DNA of 64,000 nucleotides from Anthoceros angustus (taxonomy: Eukaryota > Plantae > Anthocerotophyta). This document shows, piece by piece, positions 12,700 through 25,572 of this stretch (the first letter of the stretch is position 1; every line of letters starts with the position of its first letter). The notes beneath the pieces were generated by a model. It was not told the DNA's origin, did not search any database, and was given only the letters and a program-made list of their open reading frames with translations. The DNA is taken from assembly GCA_010909165.1 (NCBI GenBank), contig VJWM01000234.1, forward strand, positions 212,455-276,454, written 5' to 3'. The translations under genes and the position numbers were made by a program.

Positions 12700-15600
12700 G
12701 TTATCGTCAGCAAAGTCGACTGGAAATCACTTCAACCCTCAAGCCCTCAATGTGCTGATAATGTTTATGTTTCTAGCAGGCTCTCGCCAATGCTGGCAGT
12801 GTTGTCACCGCCTCACAAACCTACTTTTGTCACCGCTCCACAAAGATCACGGATGTAATGGTGTTGTATTTCTATTTGTTTGGTTCGGGCGTGAAAACGT
12901 GGGTTAGCAACCAAGGCCAGGGCAGACATATTGTCGCATAAAATCAAGGTTGGTTCCTCTTGCTTCTGCCCTAGGTCATGTAGAAACCTCCTTCCCCATT
13001 CTGCTTCCTTCGTAGCTTCTGTAAGGGACTTATATTCCGCCTCAGTGGAGGAAAGTGATATGGATGTTTGCTTTTGTCTTTGCCCAGCTTGATGTACCGC
13101 AGTAGGCTAATGTAAAACAGACGTGGACAAAGTTTTATGGAGTCCGAGTCTGAAGCCCAATCAGCGTCCGTAAACCCGGATAAGATAAGTCTATCCTCGT
13201 CACGCTTTGTATACCACCAAAAACATGGTACCCTTCTGGCACGAATATTCGCTTTTATCGCAATCCAATGTGCCTTCCTCGGATTTTCTGTGAATTGAGA
13301 TCGTGCTACAAAGATATTGTACATCGTGTCTCGGCCCAATTTGCCACGAAGATAAGGCTTCCCACAGCCTGCCTGTAGGGAACTCCTTCCATGTTTTGTT
13401 TCTCCCGGCACCGAGGACACATCGACTTCATGGAGCTTAACTCCTACCGCTGCTGGTGTAGCTCGTCCTCTAACTTGAACCTTCGCAGATCTCATTAATG
13501 TATTTGAACGGTATAACCATAAGCTTTTACGTCCACACGAATGATCGGATCCCTAACCGAGGGCTCCTATGTCCTTCATTTCAAACTTTTGCTTAGCGTG
13601 CTTTTCACTTCTAACAACAATGGTTGGCTGTTGGTAGCCGTAATCACGCGTCGTCTACATAGTTGCCAAGACCACGTACTCGCTCCTTTGGTAAGCCGAT
13701 ACACGTTGTGTGCCAGGCCGTGCCACGGTTGATGCTAAGAAGGTAGATGTGAATCGTGATGTACCATACCCTCCCAGACTGCTTTAGACCATATATACAT
13801 TTCAGGAGTTTCAAAACCTTGTGTGGGTGCTTCTGATCAACGTATGCCTTAGGTTGCTGCATATACAGATCCTCATCCAAGTCTCCATACAAGAAGGCCG
13901 TGCACACGTCCATCTGCTGGAGGTCTAAGTCATACTCTGTGGCTAGTGCAAGGATCATCCGAATGGACTGAGCCCTCACAACAGGTGAGAAGGTTTCCTG
14001 GTAGTCGAGTCCCTCGACTTGAGTGAAACCTCTCGCCACAAGTCTGGCTTTGAATCTGGCAACCTCACCCTTGGCATTCAACTTTAATTTAAATACCCAC
14101 TTACTTGAGATGGGCTTCCTACCATGTGGCAGGTCAACTAGGGTCCAGGTCCTGTTTTTGATCAATGATTGATATTCATCTTCAACTGCCACACGCCATT
14201 GTACAGCTTCTGGACCATTGAATGCCTGTGATAGGGTCTTGGGCTCATCTGGTAAGAGGACTGTTGCTGCTGAAGTGGAATGCCTGAAGTCGATTGATTG
14301 ATATGTGGTTCTACCCACTCTGACCTCGGTGGTCTCATTCGTGTGGAGCGTTGAGCCTCCTGTACAGGTGGAATAGCAACATCTGGCACGTGCTCCTCAT
14401 GTGCAGGAGCATCCTGGAAGGCATTTTCATCAAACAGATCTTCACGCTGGTAATCACCTTGATCAAGAATGAACTGTTCATGTTCTGAATTAACATCCTG
14501 CTCCACGGAATCCTGAAGTAACAAATCAGGGTGGTCAGGTTCATGCAGAACATGGTCATTTGCGGGTGGAGCATCAACGAGTGATGGTGGGGCATCATCA
14601 ACAGGGCCAGTATCATCTTGGGGATAGTCTACAGGAGGGTCAAGTGCTGGATCTGGCTCATCCGGATCTGCTAAGTCTTCTACCTCCTCTGAAGAGACAG
14701 TCACTCCTTCTGGAACTGGGGTTACTCCCTCTGAAGGTAGGGGCTCTCCCATAGATGAATGTGGTTCCAAGAAGGTGACACTCCGTGCCAGAACAATGGT
14801 ATGGCGATGCTTGTCATAAAGTTTATAAGCTTTAACACTCTCGTATCCTACGAAAATAAGACCTTGTGCTCTATTGTCTAACTTCCTCCTCTTTTCGGCA
14901 GGATATGCGCAAAGCCCGAAGGCGAAATGAAGAATCTGGGCTTACGCCCAAAGCACCTCATAGGGGGTCCGCCTTTACAGGCCCGGTAAGCACCCTCTGT
15001 AAGTGTGGACCACACGCCTCTGCCAGATCCTTGGGGAGTCCCAAAGCAACATGCTGCGAGTCATGCCGAGTAAAGTTTGATTTTTACGTTCGGCAACTCC
15101 ATTATGTTGTGGTGTGTAGGGTACTGTCAGCTGACGTTGAATTCCAGATTGGAGGAGGTAGGCATCAAACTATGCATTGATGAATTCAGTGCCATTCTCA
15201 GTTCGAAACCATTTAACAGCCTGTCCAGTTTGCGGCTCAGGGAGCATCATGACTGGAAAGTATCACCTTTATGCATGGGAAGGTCCACGAGTATTGACTA
15301 TAGTCATCGGTAAGAGTAAGGTAATACCGAGAACCTCCAAGCGATGGCTCATGAATCTTCCAGGTGTCGACATGTATTAGTTCTAACACATGGCGGCCCT
15401 ATGTGCAGTGTGTTGAAAATGGTCGTTCTTCCGCTTAGCAAGTATACAGCTTCACAAATCGGAAGATCCTTGAAACATCTAGGTAAGGGTTCTCGATAAC
15501 CCTTTGCGTACCATATCAATAAGCTTTGCCCTGTTGGCATGACCAAGCCTGGCATGCCAAAGGGAAGCTAGCACTTTTGAATCTAGCTGACCTGTTCCTG

Positions 15601-16880
15601 TTGACAGAGCTGCAGGTTGAAACCTACAATGGATGTCAAGACGGTACAGATCACAGTCAGGAATGCCTTTGAACACTAGCTTGTGCGGAACAAAGATAGT
15701 CTGGAAAGAGCAGGAAGTCGTGTCTCCAAACATGCTGTAAAGTTTCAGACTCATCAGCCTGCTCAAGGACATGAGGTTCTTCGCCATTCGTGGAACATAC
15801 AAAACATCTTCCACTACCAGGTCAGTCTTGTCATGTAACTCGAAAATGCATTTACCACGTCCTTCAATTCGAAGGCCTGTCTCACTCTTCTCGTCACCCA
15901 ACAGCACCTTATCATGGATATGTGAGGTGTCCAGGTACGAGAACAATTCCTTGTCCTTGCATATGTGGGCAGTTGCACCTGAATCCAGGTACCAATTGTC
16001 CCTATCATGGAAGGAGTTGGAGAGACATACTGTGTAGATTCTGACTGTTCCTTTGATGTTCTCTGCAGATGAGGAAGAGTCGTTTGAGCTCTTGTCCCAT
16101 GTCCTGGTGGATGCCTATGTTCACGCCTTCTTTTTTCTGAGTCTCGGCTGCGGGTATACCACACCGATTCTGTTTCGTCTTCTTAGGAGTTGAGCTTGAT
16201 GATCCAGAATCACCTTTGTTCGCCTGGTCAGGCTTGCCCCTCCGCCTGTTAGGTTTAAACTTGGCCATTAATACTTTGTCTGCCTTCGGCTTAGAGCTGC
16301 CGGCAGAGAACATACGGCTGTGCTCCTCCTGATGCAAGGCAGCCACCACATCTTCAACTGTGAGGGTGCTTGCGTTCAGTGACCAGCTGTCTTTGCATAA
16401 GGTCCATATAATGACAAATCATTGCTGGAGGGATCTGTGCTCATACAATGACATGTTCCTCAGCAATCTTGTACTTCAATGAAGCGAGCTGAGCACGCAA
16501 GTGGCGGAATTAGTACAGTAAGGACCCACTTTCTCTCCCTCTTTCATTCTTAACGTATAATACTCTTGTCTAATAGCGCATTGTTGCATTATATTTGTGA
16601 CCTGATAGGTCTTTTCTAACTGGTTCCATATCTCTATGCCCTTTGTGAGATACTCTATATCGTGGACAAGTATGGAATCGATCCATTAACCAAGACTCAC
16701 AAAGAACTTGGTTATGTGCTTCCCACCTATCCTTATCAGCTTGATTGCTGTGGATCGGATCGTTCAAATGAACCATGACCACCTCCGAGACACCTCGTGC
16801 TATAAGGATGGCCTTGATTCGCACTCTCCATGTGGTACTTAGTACGTTAAACCGATTCTCTTTCAAGTCCGATGTGAAAG
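12700..16880 (-). pseudogene. E3 gag-pol polyprotein (frameshifted)
   Basis: ORF fragments 16570-16866, 16005-16349, 15479-15946, 14162-14770 (acidic linker), 13644-14318 (SKWVFKLK..RFKARLVARGFTQ), 12971-13495. Confidence 0.92.
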
Positions 16881-17452
16881 ATGGGTTTGATATATTTTGG
16901 AGTGATCAGCAACAGGTGATGGGATCATCGAGAAGAACTGGATGAGGAGTGGTGATTGATGTCACTATCCTCACTATCGTTGTCATAGAATCTGGACATG
17001 CAAACCAGCTAAGTCTCAACCCTAAAACTATGGTTTTGGGAAGACCAAAGAGTGGTGTGCTGTCAAGCTTAAAACATGCATGTTATCTTAAGTACAGCTA
17101 ATGCAGACAATACATGATAGGGGATTGAGGTAGTAGGTGGGCACCTTCCTAATGAACAGCATGCTTCCTCCTTAATCTACCTTCCAAGAGACGTGTCTGT
17201 CCTGCAAAATTAACTTAGTGCACTTTCAAACATGAAACGCATTACTGAGTTCTTTTAGGTTATTAGTCATGTTGCTTGAATGTGGCAGATTAGTGAGCCT
17301 ATCGAATGTGAAGACACGAAAGATGCAAGACGATCGAATTGTGCCCTTTGAATCTAGAGGAAAAGTCATGGCAATAGGCGGTGGCGCTGTATCTCCTCGC
17401 CTCCACCGTGAGCAGGATCATCATAGGATGGTGGCTGCCGGTGGAAGGAGAC

Positions 17453-18067
17453 TCAGTAAGTATCTCTCTCCAATATGCATTTGATGCGAATCTCTGTAAG
17501 GTGTTTCACGTCACGGCTGATCCTTGCTATCTTTTTGTCGAAGCAGACTTGCATACGAGCAACGCTGTCCCGTAAAATATGTTGATTTCTTTCAATCTTT
17601 CCAAGAGCAGACTCCAAACGATCTTCAGCAATTTCTTTTCCCTTCAACCGCCTAATTGTGCAGTCGTAGCCTGGATGGTCCTTGAGACTAAGGGCTGACT
17701 GCAAATGGTTATCTGCTGCAGGGACAAAGACTGGGGTCTTGGCAGAATTTGTGAAGAGCGAATGCACAGGAATACTGCAGGCATGTGGCTGATAACGCAA
17801 TCCAGGGTTCTGATTTCTAGTGTAGCACCTAGCACGATACAAGGAGTCTACTTGAGAATTTTTCTCTTGTAACCTTGCAGAATGTGCTCGTGCACTAGGG
17901 GGTCCTGAATTCCTACCAACAAAATGCCTAAGGCACAGTTCAGGGTAGTTTGCCTCGTAGAGATCTATAACTTCGTCGATAGGAATAGGCCAGTTTGATC
18001 TGGGTGTGTGTGCGCCCACTTGTCGCCTTCCTGCCACGATCTCCACGGATCTACCCCTGCCCGGCAT
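17453..18067 (-). CDS. Putative 204-aa ORF0 in the leader of E3, upstream of gag
   Basis: Open frame starting ~25 nt after the PBS; C-terminal heptad-like segment (LESALGKIERNQHILRDSVARMQ). Confidence 0.35.
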   Translation of the reverse strand: MPGRGRSVEIVAGRRQVGAHTPRSNWPIPIDEVIDLYEANYPELCLRHFVGRNSGPPSARAHSARLQEKNSQVDSLYRARCYTRNQNPGLRYQPHACSIPVHSLFTNSAKTPVFVPAADNHLQSALSLKDHPGYDCTIRRLKGKEIAEDRLESALGKIERNQHILRDSVARMQVCFDKKIARISRDVKHLTEIRIKCILERDTY

Positions 18068-18104
18068 TATGGATTAGGAGTCGAGCATTTAGCCTCCGAT
18101 ACCA

Positions 18105-18317
18105 TGTGAAGTTTGCGCAGGGAGCTAGCGCTATTTTGTCTCAACTATGTATTCTCAATAATAATCATCAATGGTACAAAATGTCACTATAAGTGTTTGT
18201 TTTCATGCACCCCTTCGACTAGGCAACCCTTCATACATTCGGCCCTAATAAATAACCAGCAAGTAAGCGAGTAATCCTAACGATAAACCCTGTCCGTAAG
18301 AACCTTAACTCGTCACA
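18105..18317 (-). repeat. 5' LTR of E3
   Basis: TG...CA termini; PBS immediately adjacent. Confidence 0.93.
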
Positions 18318-18566
18318 GTATAGTGTGTTGAGCATTTACGTGAATTAGGTTGCAATAATCAACATACGTAATCATAAGGGTAGCTGAAAATAAATGTTAG
18401 TAAGTACCTGTTCATTAGGGTTGCGCCTCATGGTGAACCGTTATGTTGTTTTAAGTTCTAGTTTAAGTAATGTCTTTTCATAATAAGCATTTAAGCTTTT
18501 TCTTGATATACAATGATATATGTAATTACTAAATGAGTAATTGATCTACACTTATTCCTCACTACA
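18318..18566 (+). repeat. Remainder of the E2 3' LTR
   Basis: AT-rich, similar to the reverse complement of the E1 LTR, ends ...actaCA. Confidence 0.7.
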
Positions 18567-18569
18567 GAT

Positions 18570-19400
18570 GATGTCACGCCGCCTCCTCTCTCCTCATGGA
18601 CTAGTCGCGATAGATGATACTTGCACGGAGCCTGGAGGATCCATGAAAGTCTAGAATGATATCCGCCCTTCCATCTTCCTGCTGACCTGTCGCATCCGAT
18701 CGTCTGAGGACATCTCGGTATGGGGCCATCTTCCCAAGGGCCCAGCCTCAATCAACATTAGGAGGATACCGTCCTGCGAACTCGGGCCCCTCGCCTTGTT
18801 CTTCGAAGACATCTCCTTCTCGTGATTTATCATGCATCGTGGATGACCCCACAGGCATTTGTAGAACAATCTTCCAGTCAGAACCATGACAAAATGTTAG
18901 GAGGACAGAGAGGAAGAAAGGTGCGAGTTGGAGGCTTCAAAGGTGTCGACTGCTGTCAGGCTTCTCAAATTGCATTGAGCCTCCTTCGGTTCACATTTCT
19001 TCGCTTGAAAGCCATATACGAAAGGAACACCTTGTAATCATCTGGGTGCAAATTATCAATGCCATAGGTGTCGATGCGTGAGCACTTGCACCTCCGTATG
19101 CACCGTGGTCCATGTCCAAACTTGCCCACAATAATCACCCGCCCTTGGCACGATTAGAGCCCCATTAGCCTTACCCACAATCTCAACAGGGGGTCCAGAT
19201 TGCCCCATCTTCCCGTGGGCTCACTTGCTTGATTAACAAACCTTCGTTCTAATGCCAAGTGTTGTTGGCTTGTGTGTCTCCTTGAATTGCATGTCTCCTC
19301 ATCCATGGCAAATGGATTGGGCCTGGGTGCTCTTCTTGCCCAGTCATTCCTCTCTTCTCCGCCGCCTCCATGCGCCGGTGTCATTGCCTTTGGTCAATTG
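18570..19400 (-). pseudogene. Degenerate gag-like remnant with a possible CCHC zinc knuckle
   Basis: Frameshift-corrected (C)DYCGKFGHGPRxC near 19095-19140. Confidence 0.3.
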
Positions 19401-19499
19401 AGAGACCCGCCTTCCTGACACTCGCAATGGGTTAAAAGCAATTGGAAAGTTCGAGTCAAGTAACACCAACATGCCCTCGAAAAACGCTCACCGGGAGTG

Positions 19500-21200
19500 G
19501 AGATTCGGGCAAGGCATCTCCGTCAGCCGCTTTGGTTTTCTGCCTTCTTCGCCCTTCCTCCTGATCCTGGGGTTGTCGGCTTCGCTGCTTCCGGGTGTCT
19601 TTCTTGCTACGCCTTCCACTCGCCATGTCCTTGCACCCCATCGTTGTCAATCGTAGAAGGCGCATACACAGGAGCCGTGAGTTGGAGCAAAAGCCAGGTG
19701 ATTGCCAATTACCACGTTTCATCGACACAGGTATCGCCGGCAAGCCCTCGGGAAAGGCGCCGCCTCGCGTGAATCGCTTCCGTACCGTGCAGGATGAGGA
19801 TTAGGCGTTTGCATTGCAAAGAGTTGCGTGCAAGCCGCTGCTGACCTTGATGGTGGTCAAGGCCGTGGATGCACGCGCTGGCAAATACCGTCGACAAGAC
19901 TCGAAATTGACTTCACACCGCAAGAAACGCGACGGAGCATGTTGCCACCTACTCCCTTTAACCTTGAATAGGTGTGTGGGTACATGGGTCTGTGCGTCGG
20001 AGGAAAAGGTACCGTAGGGGCAACAGCCACAAGATGCGACAACAACTTGTACCGGTACCGTGGCGGCTAATTGCATTGTCCTGATGGTGTCGATGTGCTG
20101 CATACACTTTCGTAGGAGACACGAAATGATGTCTCTTATCAGCCAAAGCCGCTGAGTGAGACAATGCTGTGAGGAGAAGAATGTTTTGCCAATTCAAAAG
20201 AGGCGAGCCGCAGTGTCTCTTTTTTAAAGAAAAGTGACAGTTATCATGTGATAAGGCGTACTGATGTAAGAAAACCATCTTGCCGCAAGTTGTGTCTTCC
20301 TAATACATTCGCCTGTGATGGTGTTCAAGAGCGAGACCCGTGTTTGAGGTTCCAGGCTAAGCCAGTGCCTGGCGGGGAGTTATTCCTTCAATCCCTGTTA
20401 AAAGCGGATTTGATGTGAATGCCAAATGTAGAGACAAGGTTATCACTTACATTATGGCGGGAGAGCCACCAATGCGGTGTTGCTGAAAGCATTTTGCGTC
20501 GGTGCTATCTTGCATAGTCGGGTATACCATAGGCCTGCAAGGCATGACCGAGTTGAAGAGCAGGTATTGCTTGAACGCACCATGCGGATGGGATGCCGTT
20601 TAGATCTCGCTGCAGTGCAATCCTCACACATGCTCTTAAGCTGCGATCGCGTGGATGGACTCAACATTTCTTTTCGGTACTTTGGCGTAAAGAAGTTGCC
20701 TAACGTTGAAGTGTACAACCTTCCATAGGACACCTTTACAAAACTTGAGGTTTGGAATCGCATTTCGGAGGGACATGGAACAAGTTGATTTCTTGTTTGT
20801 GTCATATGCATATTTCGGGAGGCTATGAATGAAAACTTTAAAGGGTGAAAATTCGAAAGTCTAATACGGTTTCGACATGCATGGGTGTCTCTATGCACGG
20901 GTCAAGTGATACAACATCCGAGATCTCGCATCACTCGGATTGATTACAGGTATGCCACTTACGGTAGACTCCGTCATTTCCTACCTAGAACTTGTAATAG
21001 GTATCATACTCTTTATGGAGAGCTAACCTTCCAACATAGCCGCCGTAGATGGAAAGCGTCCCGGAATGCGATGGGTGCCTTTATGAGCCACGTTGGAGCT
21101 GTAGAGAATGAAGGCTTACTTTTGACATGCCCTAAGTGTTCCTTAAGGCGCCTAGCATGCAGTAGCAACAATGTGAAGGCAAACCGCAAGATGTCGGGCG
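19500..21200 (+). pseudogene. Cysteine-rich degenerate ORF, possibly a CxC/HMG-domain (KDZ/Zisupton-associated) transposon remnant
   Basis: Fragments NVEVYNLP, FRHAWVSLCTGQVIQH and SRRRWKASRNAMGAFMSHV...LLTCPKC resemble, from memory, the ..AF..L....F.CP.C pattern of these proteins. Confidence 0.25.
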
Positions 21201-21309
21201 CCCTCATAAACAATTCTTGGTTGGCCTGCATGCCGACCGAGAGTGCCGACAATGCCGGTAGCGTCATTCGGTTCAGCTTGCATCGCACCGCCCCACTTCA
21301 CTATTTACT

Positions 21310-22310
21310 AAACTAATTAATTAATCTAAAGGTGCTTATGCTAATTAAGCACTTGATTAGTGTTAATTATTCCCTAATGTGCTTATGTTAATTAAGCATT
21401 GATTAGTGTTAATTAAACATGGTTAGTAGCAATAACTAGGTGGATAAGCTCAAGTAATATGCCTTGGCATATTCTCCTTTGCATATTATAGTGTATTCTT
21501 AGGATATTTGGCATATGTCGTTGATGCCACAGTGATATCTTTAGATTGAATATGTCACCGATGCTGTGGTCAGGCCTATATATAGACCCTTCCATTGAGG
21601 ACAAGCCTTTCCATCATAGCTTCGTCCACTCTTAGATATGCAAATGCAAGAGTGTTTGTGAGGAGGCCAAAGCTATAACTCCGAGAGCGATGTGGCGAGT
21701 GTGAGGTATTCATTGTTGTTGTTACCGTGGGAGAGAGTGTGCATTTGTGCTAGCCACGGCGGCGTGCGAGCTACTCCCTCCGTTGTTACAAGCTGTGTTA
21801 TGATCTCGCGTGCGTGCTGCACGCCAGATAGGCCGTGTACTTAGGCTTAGTGGCGATGCTAGGGCGATGTTACAAGGCGGGTCTTGCCAGGCTTATGCTA
21901 GGGGGCGATGCTAGGCGATGCTAGGTGGACGCTAGGTGATGCTAAAGCTTTTACCAGTAGGCAATGCTAAGGCGACAAGAATGGTGGGCCGTGCTAGGCA
22001 CGTGCTAGGCTGAGGCGATTAGCTCTCAAGGCAAGTAGGCAAGGGACTCTCTAAAGTGTGCCCCAAGGCTTGAGGCCCAGAGAGGGACCAAGCCCAAGGC
22101 CATGAGAGGGAGGCGAAGAAGCCCAAGTCCAAGGCCAAGGAGAGGGAGGCGAAGAAGCCCAAGTCCAAGGCTGGCTGAGAGGAGGCGATGAAGCCCAAGT
22201 CTAAGCGCCAAGGAGAGGAGGCGTAAGGAGCCTCCAAGGCCAAGGAGAGGATGCCAAGAATACCATCCTGACTGGGATCGATCTCGCCTCAAGTATGCTT
22301 TAATCATGAG
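21310..22310 (+). repeat. LTR-like block with TATA box and internal tandem repeats
   Basis: AT-rich ~38-bp duplication (21332-21369 / 21379-21415); CCTATATATAG ~21575; GGCGATGCTA repeats 21850-21970; GAAGCCCAAGTCCAAGGC repeats 22080-22250. No partner LTR in the window. Confidence 0.45.
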
Positions 22311-22319
22311 TTTTGAAGG

Positions 22320-22860
22320 TACAGCTACAGGGCGAGTGAGAGCGGCGGGAAGCGTAGGGCTGCCAAGAGGCTAGCCATGAGGCGAGCGCCAGGGCGGTAG
22401 GGCGAGGGCGAAGTGAGGGGCGAGGAAGGAGGGCGAGTGCCGAGGGCGGCAGCTGTAGGATGCAGTAGCGAGGGCGGTGGGCGAGCGGGCGAGCTGGCGA
22501 GCGGCGTAGGGCGGAAGTAGGGCGAGGGCGCAGGGCGAAAAGCATGCTTAGGGCGTAGGGGCGTAGGGCGTAGGGCCAGGGCGAGCAGCTGCCAGAGCGG
22601 CTTAGGGCGAAGGAAGGGCGAAAGGCGAAGGGCGAAAGGCGCAGGGCGAGCGGGCGAAGGCAAGTAGGGCGAGCGAGGGCGGTAGGCGAAGCGGCGAGGG
22701 GCGCGTAGCGGCGAGCGGCGTAGGGCGGAAGGGCGAAGGGCTAGGGCGAAAAGCGGGCGAGGGCGAGCGGCGCGTAGGGCGGCGGAGAAAGTGGGGCGGG
22801 CGAAGCAGGGCGAAGTAGCGGCGAGGGCGAAGGAAGCGGCGCGTGGTGTGGTGGAAGCCT
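22320..22860. repeat. Degenerate (AGGGCG)n purine-rich microsatellite
   Basis: Dozens of gggcga/gggcgt units. Confidence 0.8.
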
Positions 22861-25399
22861 TTAGCGGCAAAGCGCGGGTGGTGTGATAAGTAGCTGCCGC
22901 GGGTCAAGCCGGTGGCCGACTTTTAGACGGGCGCTGGGTGCATCCGCAGCGCAGGCGCGGCAAAGGATCTGCAACTGGTGACCGCCGCCTGCACGTGAGC
23001 AAGTAGCTGCCGTGGGCTGGGCCGCTAGGCCGAGCCTTCGCACGGTTTGGACGCGCCACGCCGGGGCGTGGCTCGAGGCCGCCGAAAGGTGATCGCCAGC
23101 GCTCGCCGCCAGGATAGTGGTCGCTGGCCGCGGTACTGTGAGGGGCCGGCCGCGGGGTAAGGTAACACGGGCCACGGCAGTAACTCGCCATGCGGGTGCG
23201 GCAGCGGGTCGGGTAATCACGCGAGGGCGAAAGCGGCTATGGATCGGGCGCTGTCAGGCGGAAGGGCGATAACACATCGCCGGTGCCCCTTTAAGGCGGC
23301 GAGAGCGGCGAGGTCTCGACGGACTGTCTCAATGGACCGCGCGAGGTGAGGCGACGAGCCGGCGCCTGGGCCGTGACCGGCATGACATACAATATCAGCC
23401 GGTGGCTCAGCTCGAACCGGCATGCGTGATAGGGGTGCCGAGGCCGCTCGCTCCGACGGTGAGATCGCTGCCGCAACGCTACTGCTGCTAACCGGAAGAT
23501 CTGTGCCCGCTGAGATCCGCTACCGAGCCATCGGGCACGGACCGGATTATTTTCTACCGAGGTCACTGAGGCCGAAGCGCTCATGGCACGACGGACCGGG
23601 AGGCCGCCCGCCTCGGTCCCAGCCTGGGCCATGGCGGCCGGGCTTCGCCGCCGCCAGACAAGGCCGGGCCACCGCTGTCAGCTTCGAGGTTGCGTAAGCG
23701 GCATCGGCCACGGGCCAGCGATCAGTGCGGGCGGCGCGGCGGCGCGGGCAGGCGTTTCCTACCGAGGCCAGAGGGCTCCACCGCTGCCATGCGGTACGGG
23801 CAAGGCGCGTCGGTACGGGGTGCCTATCGCATCGGCCTCCGCTCAAAGCTGAGGACCAAATGCATCGGGAGCCACGGACCCGGGAAGCCGACCGCCTGCT
23901 CGTGCTCGCTGGTTGAGGCCACCCGGGCCGCCGGGCCGCTAAGCCACGCTAAAGGGGCGGGCAGCGGCGCTCAGTCAGGCAGGGCGTGTGTGGGCCGAGG
24001 TTCTGACGCAAAATGACGGCCACCGGGCGGGCGGGCGTTCTCGGCCGAGTCAGAGGGGCTCGAGGGAGCACGAAGCGGGGCGAGGCCGAGATAGACCTCC
24101 ATGATTCGTCAAGGGCTCAGCCGCCGGCCGAGGCGGATCCCAGACGTCCGCCAGGGCAGGCCGGAGGTCGCTACTTGCCTGCCAGATCGGCATTCACCGG
24201 ACGGGCGGTGAGGCCCGAGGGCTGTGGTGGCGGCCCGAGCTTAGCGGCCGGCAAGTGATTAAGATCCGGGACAAAGTGCCCGGCATGGGCGGTGCGAATC
24301 GAGGGTTCCGGTGAAGCAAGAGTGCCAAGGGGGCATGGCTGACCTCCGAGTCAAGGGAGGTTGAGCGGGCGAGGAAGGCCGGGACGCCTAGGACTCGGAA
24401 GGTTGGGAGGCCGACCGGCTTCGAGCTCGATCCCAGTGCTGGTACTCTTACCACCTTTCGCTCTTGCATACATAGCTGGCCCCGCCTTTGAGCACACAAG
24501 CGCAACACCCACTTTCTTATGGCTTCGGATATCATGCTTGGAGGAGAACCCATTTTGGACTCCATAGACTTCACAGAATCGCAGGCTCCTACATCTTCCA
24601 AGGGAACGAGGGGCAAGAATAAAATTGAGAGGTCTGAACAAACTCTTCCAAGTTGATATCAAGAAGCGAGATCTTGATCAGTTCGTGCAGGCCTGTCCCA
24701 ATTAGCGAAACAGCACAAACTTAAAGCGAGTCTGGAATTTCAAACAACATTTTGAAGACAAGATTCGGGCCCAACAACTCAGAGATTGTTGCACTTCAAG
24801 GAATTGGGCGAGAATTTCCGATACCTATACGTCGGATATTGTCCGGTATCAACACCAAATTGCTTCCCTCAATAAGCAATTGCCTTACCTTCCGCCAAGA
24901 GCGGCGGTTCCTCAATTAAAACAAACGCCTTCCAACATCACCGCCAGCCGTTGGATTGGACACATTGGGGCAGTAATCCGCACATTGTTTGCTCAACGAG
25001 GACGTTGCAGCCTTCAAAAAGGATATTATATGGCAGCACTTTCCGCCCATGAGAGTTAAATGTTTGGAGCTCAAGAAATTGCGTCCAAGGAGAAGTGCAA
25101 GCTATGTCCTGGCAAGATGTCCATTTCAAAACCTCAAGTCAGGGCAGACTCAGTGATTTACGCAACAGCAAACAATTTGTGCAGTACCCAAATTGGTAAG
25201 GATATTAAAAGCCCAATGTACTTAGACTTTAATACACTTAGTCTAAGTTAGGTGTCATCGATTAAGTATCATTAGTTTAATGAAGCTAATCACTAGGAAG
25301 CTTCTTGTGCCCTTCCTAGGGGCTTCTCAGGAGCTTCCTAGAGTTCCCATTGAGGGTATAAATCCGCTTCCCATCTCAATGAGAGAGAGTTACACCTGC

Positions 25400-25572
25400 C
25401 TCCTCTCCTCCTCTTCCTCTCCTCTCCCTCCTCCTCCTCTCCTCCTCCTCTCCTCCTCCTCTCCTCTCTCCTCTCTCCTCCCTCCTCCTCTCCTCTCCTC
25501 TCCTCTCCTCTCTCCTCTCCTCTCCTCCTCCTCTCCTCTCCTCTCTCTCCTCTCCTCTCCTCTCTCTCTCTT
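25400..25572. repeat. (CTC/CT)n microsatellite expansion inside the E4 5' LTR
   Basis: About 170 bp here versus about 25 bp at the equivalent site in the 3' LTR (~29954-29977). Confidence 0.85.

Larger units (their letters stand above)
11759..18317 (-). mobile_element. Full-length Ty1/Copia element E3 nested in the 3' LTR of E2
   Basis: LTRs 11759-11969 and 18105-18317 with TGTGA...TCACA ends; PBS TGGTATCGGAG; PPT GAGAGGGAG; gag ~16000-16870, protease WYLDSGAT ~15990, GAG-pre LWHARLGH, RT 13644-14318, RNase H SGFTDADWA. Confidence 0.95.
6593..18566 (+). mobile_element. Ty1/Copia LTR retrotransposon E2, related to E1 and interrupted by E1 and E3
   Basis: Gag 6621-7622 with a degenerate Zn knuckle (CHWYQIPGHWESEC); integrase 8081-8958; RT 9293-10033 (YVDD); RNase H to ~10730; PPT AAGTGGGAG ~11740-11748. 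The 3' LTR is split into 11749-11758 and 18318-18566 and resembles the E1 LTR (gtgttgag, ttcattagggtt). Confidence 0.9.

Noticed and set aside
22860-24330. GC-rich island suggesting horizontal transfer or bacterial contamination
   Set aside because: No coherent ORF, codon periodicity or recognisable domain. More likely a degenerate GC-rich repeat or poor-quality consensus.
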